Shown here piece by piece: positions 58,053 through 64,000 of a DNA stretch of 64,000 bases; positions within the stretch are counted from its first letter, which is position 1; every line of letters starts with the position of its first letter. The DNA comes from Octopus vulgaris (lineage: Eukaryota). Under the pieces are notes generated by a model. The model was not told the DNA's origin. It did no database searches and saw only the letters and a list, made by a program, of their open reading frames with translations. A program made the position numbers and the translations under genes. Location of the stretch: contig OX597820.1 of the NCBI GenBank assembly GCA_951406725.2, forward strand, positions 2,294,001 through 2,358,000. The letters are read 5' to 3'.

Positions 58053-58537
58053 CACCATATCGCAGCTCACTTATCGCGGTTCACTTATCGCGGTTTATTA
58101 TTCAAGCTTACGTCGATTCCTCCATGGTGGTGTTTTGCATTTACAATGAAATAAATATATATAAATTATATAAATAATAATAAAAATATACAGTTCAGTG
58201 CTGTTTCTACTTCGCGGATTTTCCCCTATCGCGAGGGGTTTGGGAACAAAACACCCGCGATAATTGAGGGATTACTCTATGCCTAATTAATGAACGTGGC
58301 TCTTGGATTGGCAGCATCGAGCAACAGGCTTAGCTGTATTGCTTCCGGCACCTTACGTTCTGAGTTCAAATCATATTGTGTTTATCTCTTGCTTGTTTCA
58401 GTCGTTAGACTGTGGCCATGCTGGGGCACCGCCTTGAAGAATCGACGCCAGTATTTACTATTTTCTTCTGAGCCTGACACTTATTCTATCGCTCTCTTTC
58501 GCCGAACCGCTGAGTTACGTTCTCTCTCTTTCTCTCT

Positions 58538-58579
<42 letters not shown>

Positions 58580-59469
58580 CACACACACACATATATATAC
58601 GACAGGCTTCTTTCTTCCGTCTATCAAATCCACTCACAAAGCTTTGGTCAGCCTGAGGCTTTAGTAGAAGACATTTACCCAATGTGCCACGCAGTGGGAC
58701 TGAACCCGGAACTACGTGGTTTCAAAGCAAACTTCTTACCACACAACCATACCCGTGCCTACATATATTTTTCAAGCGAAATGTCTCCGGATGTACAATA
58801 TCTAATGTATGCTTCGCTTTGAATGACGATGGGGTGTGTTTTAAAAAAAAAGTGTATCTTGTTTTTTGTTTTTTTTAACCACTTACAAGTTTCCAATTTT
58901 CACTAGATTTTCTTTTAATGTTGTTCTCATGTCAGCATGCTGTTGAAAAAAATTGCGAGCGTTTGCAGTTATCTAATCTTAACCAATCGAAAACTTCCAT
59001 TGCTATTATATCGAAAGTCGCAACTGTCTGTTTTCATGGAAATCAGCAAAGACAAAAATCAAACAACGAAGATAAAACCTGCTAGAAATAGCAACCAAAA
59101 CTTCCTTAAACTACACCATAACGTCTAAAAAAAAGACCCAAAAAGGGTTACACAGTATATAACGTAGATGGGAGTATTGGTTTATTTTTCATTCGTAATT
59201 AGAGCACCAATGCATCCTAATATGGTCCTAGTTTCACGGCCACACTAAATATCTTTATTGTACGTAATCATAAACACAACGTTAAGTACGGTTTCACAGC
59301 TCTTTCTTATCAAAGTAAATAGAAACGGAGAGATTATTGACGTCGCCGTTTTTGTGAATGTTTCTCTTTGTCTAGACTGAGATAATAATGTCTTACTCGG
59401 CGCAGACGTGGCTCTCAACCACTCTTCTCGTCACCAAATTTTTAGGACCGAGTTTTAAAAAATCCTATA

Positions 59470-59860
59470 CAGTAAAAGCTCGCAGTACGAGTGTCCCATT
59501 GTACGAGTAATTTGCTGTACGAGCCGAGAGACTCGTGCACATTTTTGTCTTGATGTACGAGCGGAAATCCGCAGTACGATCATCCAAATTGTCCCCATCT
59601 TGTTTAAAGGGATTCAGTTAATAAAACCCATATTTCTTTTGTACTCCCTCTTTTATATAAATGTCATTTTACTTGTAGCTACACCTTTTCTGTTTTAAAA
59701 CCCATAAGAAATTATTTTTGAGTGGTTTTGTGGGGGGCTGGAAAGGATTAATTATATTTTAGTTAATTTCAATGGGGGGAAAATTGATTTCTAACACAAA
59801 TAAATCGCAAGACGAGCTCGGTCATGGAATGAATTAAACTCGTACTGCGAGGTATCACCG
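59470..59860. mobile_element. Tigger/pogo-like MITE with TA flanks
   Basis: TA-CAGTAAAAGCTCGCAGTACGAGT ... ACTCGTACTGCGAGGTATCACCG-TA. Confidence 0.82.
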
Positions 59861-59867
59861 TATTTTA

Positions 59868-59927
<60 letters not shown>

Positions 59928-59930
59928 AAC

Positions 59931-59971
<41 letters not shown>

Positions 59972-60044
59972 ACTGATTAACAGTTTGAATCAAAGCGCAG
60001 CAACAGCAAATGTGAGCCCCCCCCCTCACATCCCGGTTATAGCT

Positions 60045-60251
60045 CTTTTCTCTTTTACTTGTTTCAGTCATTTGACTGCGGCCATGCTGGAACACCACCT
60101 TTAGTCGAACAAATCGACCCCAGGACTTATTCTTTGTAAGCCTAGTACTTATTCTATCGGGTCTCTTTTGCTGAACCACTAAGTTACGGGGACGTAAACA
60201 CACCAGCATCGATTGTCAAGCGATGTTGGGGGGACAAACACAGACACGTAA

Positions 60252-60320
<69 letters not shown>

Positions 60321-60480
60321 TATATACGACGGGTTTCTTTCAGTTTCCGTCTACCAAATCCACTCACAAGGTTTTGGTCGGCCTGAGGCTATAGTAGAAG
60401 ATACTTGCCCAAGGTGCCACGCAGTGGGACTGAACCCAGAACCATGTGGTTGGTAAGTAAGCTACTTACCACACAGCCAC
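60045..60480 (-). mobile_element. SINE family A, near-consensus
   Basis: Reverse complement of 43348-43792. Confidence 0.9.
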
Positions 60481-61707
60481 TTTTTCAGAGGCCAACGAAG
60501 GCGCCTCAACATGGTTGGTTGCACGACCTGCACAAAAAATAACACGGTTGACCTGGGTAGGATTTGAACTCAGAACGTTCAAATCCTACCGGAACAAATA
60601 CTCCAGAGCGTTTTTCTCCGGTGCTCTTGCGATTCTGCCAATTGACGCCCTTTCAATAAACAAAAAAATAATGGAAGCGTTTCCCCTTCATTTAATCTTT
60701 CTTAATGAAGTCATACAACAGAATACCGCAGAAAATTTTGCCGATTACGATTACATTTGTGTTGAATCTGATACACAAATGGTTGTTTTAATCTAAGAGG
60801 CACAGGTGTGGCTGTGCGAAAAGAAGGTTGCTTCCAAACCAGCGAGTTCCAGGTTCAGTCTCACTGCATGCTACCTATGGCAAGCGCCTTCTGCTATAGA
60901 TTTGGGCCGATCAAAGCCTTGTGAGTGGATTTGATGGACGGAAACAGAAAGAATCCCTTCGTATATATTTATATTTATGTGTGTGTCCGTGTTGTCCCCC
61001 ACCACCGATTCACAACCGGTGTTGGTGTGTTGATGTCACCGTAACTTAGCGGTTCGGCAAAAGGGTCCGATAAAATAAATACCAGACTTTGAAAAAGCAA
61101 GTACTGGGGCTAATTCTTTCGACTGAAATTCTTCGTGGCTGCAGTCTAATGACTGAAACCGGTAAAAGAATAAAAGAATAATATGGCGTCTGTTGCACAT
61201 AACGGGATTTTATTCAGCTCGGCAGCTACTCGCAACATCAGTGATAGTTTATTCGCTGTTTTTGTGCATATCATTGGAGAAAGATTTCGTCCAAGCATAC
61301 TGGCAAGCTGTAAGTACACGCTATTGACGAGACTGACATGCGACCAACGTTCTCATTCAACACTTCTAGAACAAATTTCATCTCCCCAACCCGATACATT
61401 GTATTTTTAAACACGGCCACATCTCCGAACGAATACCGTAGCAAATTGCCTTTTGTGATGTATTTACATTAAGTATGATTGATAGATAAATGGTTGTCAT
61501 TATGTTTGTTGCTTTTAATTAGGTGTTCTATTAACCATGAAGACATAATAGATATATAGGTGAGAGGATGGCTTTGTAGTTAAGAAGTTCGCTTTCCAGC
61601 CACGTGGTTTCAGGTTCAGTCCTCGGCATTTTAGGTGTCTTACACTATACGCTCGGGAAAACTACGGGTTTGTGAGGAAGCTGCGTAGAAGCCCATCATA
61701 TATATAA

Positions 61708-61749
<42 letters not shown>

Positions 61750-62193
61750 CCAGCCGAAATCGCAAAGATAATCTGGAACTCGACTGAGGAAAGAAAACTT
61801 CAAATGACCCGTCTTTGTCTTCTTTGTATCGTCTATCTGAATGTTTTGTTGTCCCCTTTTTGTATCACCTGTCTGGATGTTTTGCGTTCTTGTCCCATTT
61901 TGTATTTTATATATATCATTAAGATTCCGTTGAATTAGGTACTTAAATTGAAGCACCTTGCTAGGTCGGTATAATCCGCACACTCAAACAATATCAATTG
62001 AATAGTGAATATCAAGACTCCGTGCAGGGGTGGTTGTACCTGATATTCCTGCCATGTGTGCAGACAACGCAACCCAGCCGAGTGAAGATATCTGCTCTTG
62101 GTAATTCAGACATGTTCTTTTTATGAAGGAACTTTCTATAGTATTTCCGAAGTGCAGATTGCAAGCTAGGTGAGTAAAATATAAATGAGTAAC

Positions 62194-62235
62194 AAAGATG
62201 TACAGGTGTTAATGGATTGACACCTGTACATCTTT
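62194..62235. repeat. 20-bp near-perfect palindrome
   Basis: AAAGATGTACAGGTGTTAAT GG ATTGACACCTGTACATCTTT. Confidence 0.9.
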
Positions 62236-62518
62236 TATATATTTATATATATATACACATATAAGCAATAATAAATTTCTGAGCGAGATATAGACAGTAG
62301 CAGCACCACATCGTGAAGCATATTTGCCACATAAATGTGGTTGATCCATAAGGGACGATGCTACTGTAGTTTCTAGCCCCAGGAAGCCATCTCCTCTAGC
62401 TAGCTATTGACACGCTGTATGTGCCCTATCAGTATTTGCAAAGGAAACCATCGTTCCCATCTTTAGGTGACAAATATACTTCATTATATATATATATATA
62501 TAAATATATATATATGTA

Positions 62519-62551
<33 letters not shown>

Positions 62552-63001
62552 ATGTATAAAATTCAATTAAGATTCAGTTGAAGTGGGTTATTAAGTTGAG
62601 GTACCTTGTTTGGCCTGGGTACCGTGCATACTCAACAATATTAAGTGAATATCAGACTTTAATTGATTAATGCTCTCATTAATCAATTATATATGTGTGC
62701 GTATGTCTGTATATGTGTATGTGTGCGTGCGTGTGTGTGTGTGCGTGTGTATGTGTGTGTGTGTGTGTGTGCGCGCGCGTTTATATGTTTTAGACTGTCA
62801 CCCCACCGCTTGAAACCGGTTCGTTTACGTCTTCGTAACTTAGCGCTTCAGCGAAACAGACCGATAGAATATGTTCCAGACATAAAAAAAGCAAAAACAC
62901 AAAGAAGTCCTGGGGTCGATTTCTTCGACTGCAACGCTTCAAAGCGTTGCTCCAGCTTGGCCACAAGTGTTTCGATGAGTGAAACAAATAACAAAAATAA
63001 T

Positions 63002-63216
63002 AATTCTTTTTTTCTGCTCCAGAAACGAGGCCCGAAATTTGGCCGGAGGGGGCCAATCGATTAGATCGATCCCAGTATCAACTGGTACTTAATTTATCGA
63101 CCACAAATGGCAAGGTCGACCTCGGCGGAATTTGAACTCAGGACGTAAAGACAGGTGAAATACAGCTAAGCATTTCGCCCGGCGTGCTAACGGTTCTGCC
63201 AGCTCGCCGCCTTGTG
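63002..63216 (-). mobile_element. SINE family B with 13-bp TSD
   Basis: TAACAAAAATAAT at 62989-63001 and 63217-63229. Confidence 0.85.
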
Positions 63217-63818
63217 TAACAAAAATAATTATAATCAAAACGTCACACTTGGAGTTTTATATATAGTCGAGGTATCGTTGTTCGATCTTATGTTCAGCAG
63301 TCAGCTCTTACAATATCAACTAATGCTAGCAGAAGATAAATATACCGAAATTATCTCTCCTTATGTTTCCTTGTTATAAATATTTTTTATATCTTTTAGT
63401 ATGAGAGCTTTATAATGTTATCAGTGAAGAGAGATCCCGGTGGGTATTGATAACAAAGCTTGACATATAAATGTGTGTGTGTGTGTGTGTGCGTGCGTGT
63501 GTGTACACACATATACATAGTAAATATACAAATACTTATATATGTATCTGTATATTTGTATGTGCATATATATATATGTGTGTGTGTGTGTGTATACACA
63601 TATACGTGTATATACACTCATATACACATACATATATATATGCATATATGTGTGTATAAATATATATATATATGTACACACACACACAAACACGATCATA
63701 CACATGCACATACACATACACACGCTCTCACTCACAAACATGAACACATGTATATATATATATATATGCGTATATACGTACATGTATCTATATCTGTATA
63801 AGTGCGTGTGTACGTATG

Positions 63819-63868
<50 letters not shown>

Positions 63869-63898
63869 TTTGCACGTACGTATGTGTGTATAGAAACG

Positions 63899-63979
<81 letters not shown>

Positions 63980-64000
63980 GGCAACAATGTAAACAACAGA

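Noticed and set aside
61980-62175. Exon ending at TAG|GTGAGT (62170)
   Set aside because: Adjoins sequence repeated at ~62570-62660, and no convincing acceptor plus open frame was found.

Overview
Eukaryotic, AT-rich genomic DNA saturated with microsatellites. The repeat make-up looks like an octopod cephalopod (Octopus-like); this is inferred from repeat style, not verified. Almost all long ORFs in the track are microsatellite artefacts. One host gene can be supported on the + strand. It has a GA-rich promoter with an Inr-like TCAGTT (~28800), a first exon ending at a GTAAGA donor (29106), and a second exon (29800-29880) encoding a 22-aa signal-peptide-like N-terminus. No convincing further coding exon was found in the remaining 34 kb. 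The rest is mobile DNA: many tRNA-derived SINEs, Penelope-like elements (PLE; GIY-YIG fragments, inverted pseudo-LTRs), two RLE-type (Dong/R4-like) 3' ends in (AAT)n, Tx1/L1-, CR1- and RTE-like fragments, a mariner remnant, Tigger/hAT-like MITEs and a non-autonomous Helitron. The most interesting signal is about ten hammerhead-ribozyme motifs. These include a head-to-head tRNA-head + (AAT)n + hammerhead element flanked by one direct repeat, U3-A8 compensated core variants, and a near-canonical hammerhead in otherwise unique sequence. There are also several intronic fold-backs that could be ADAR or small-RNA substrates.
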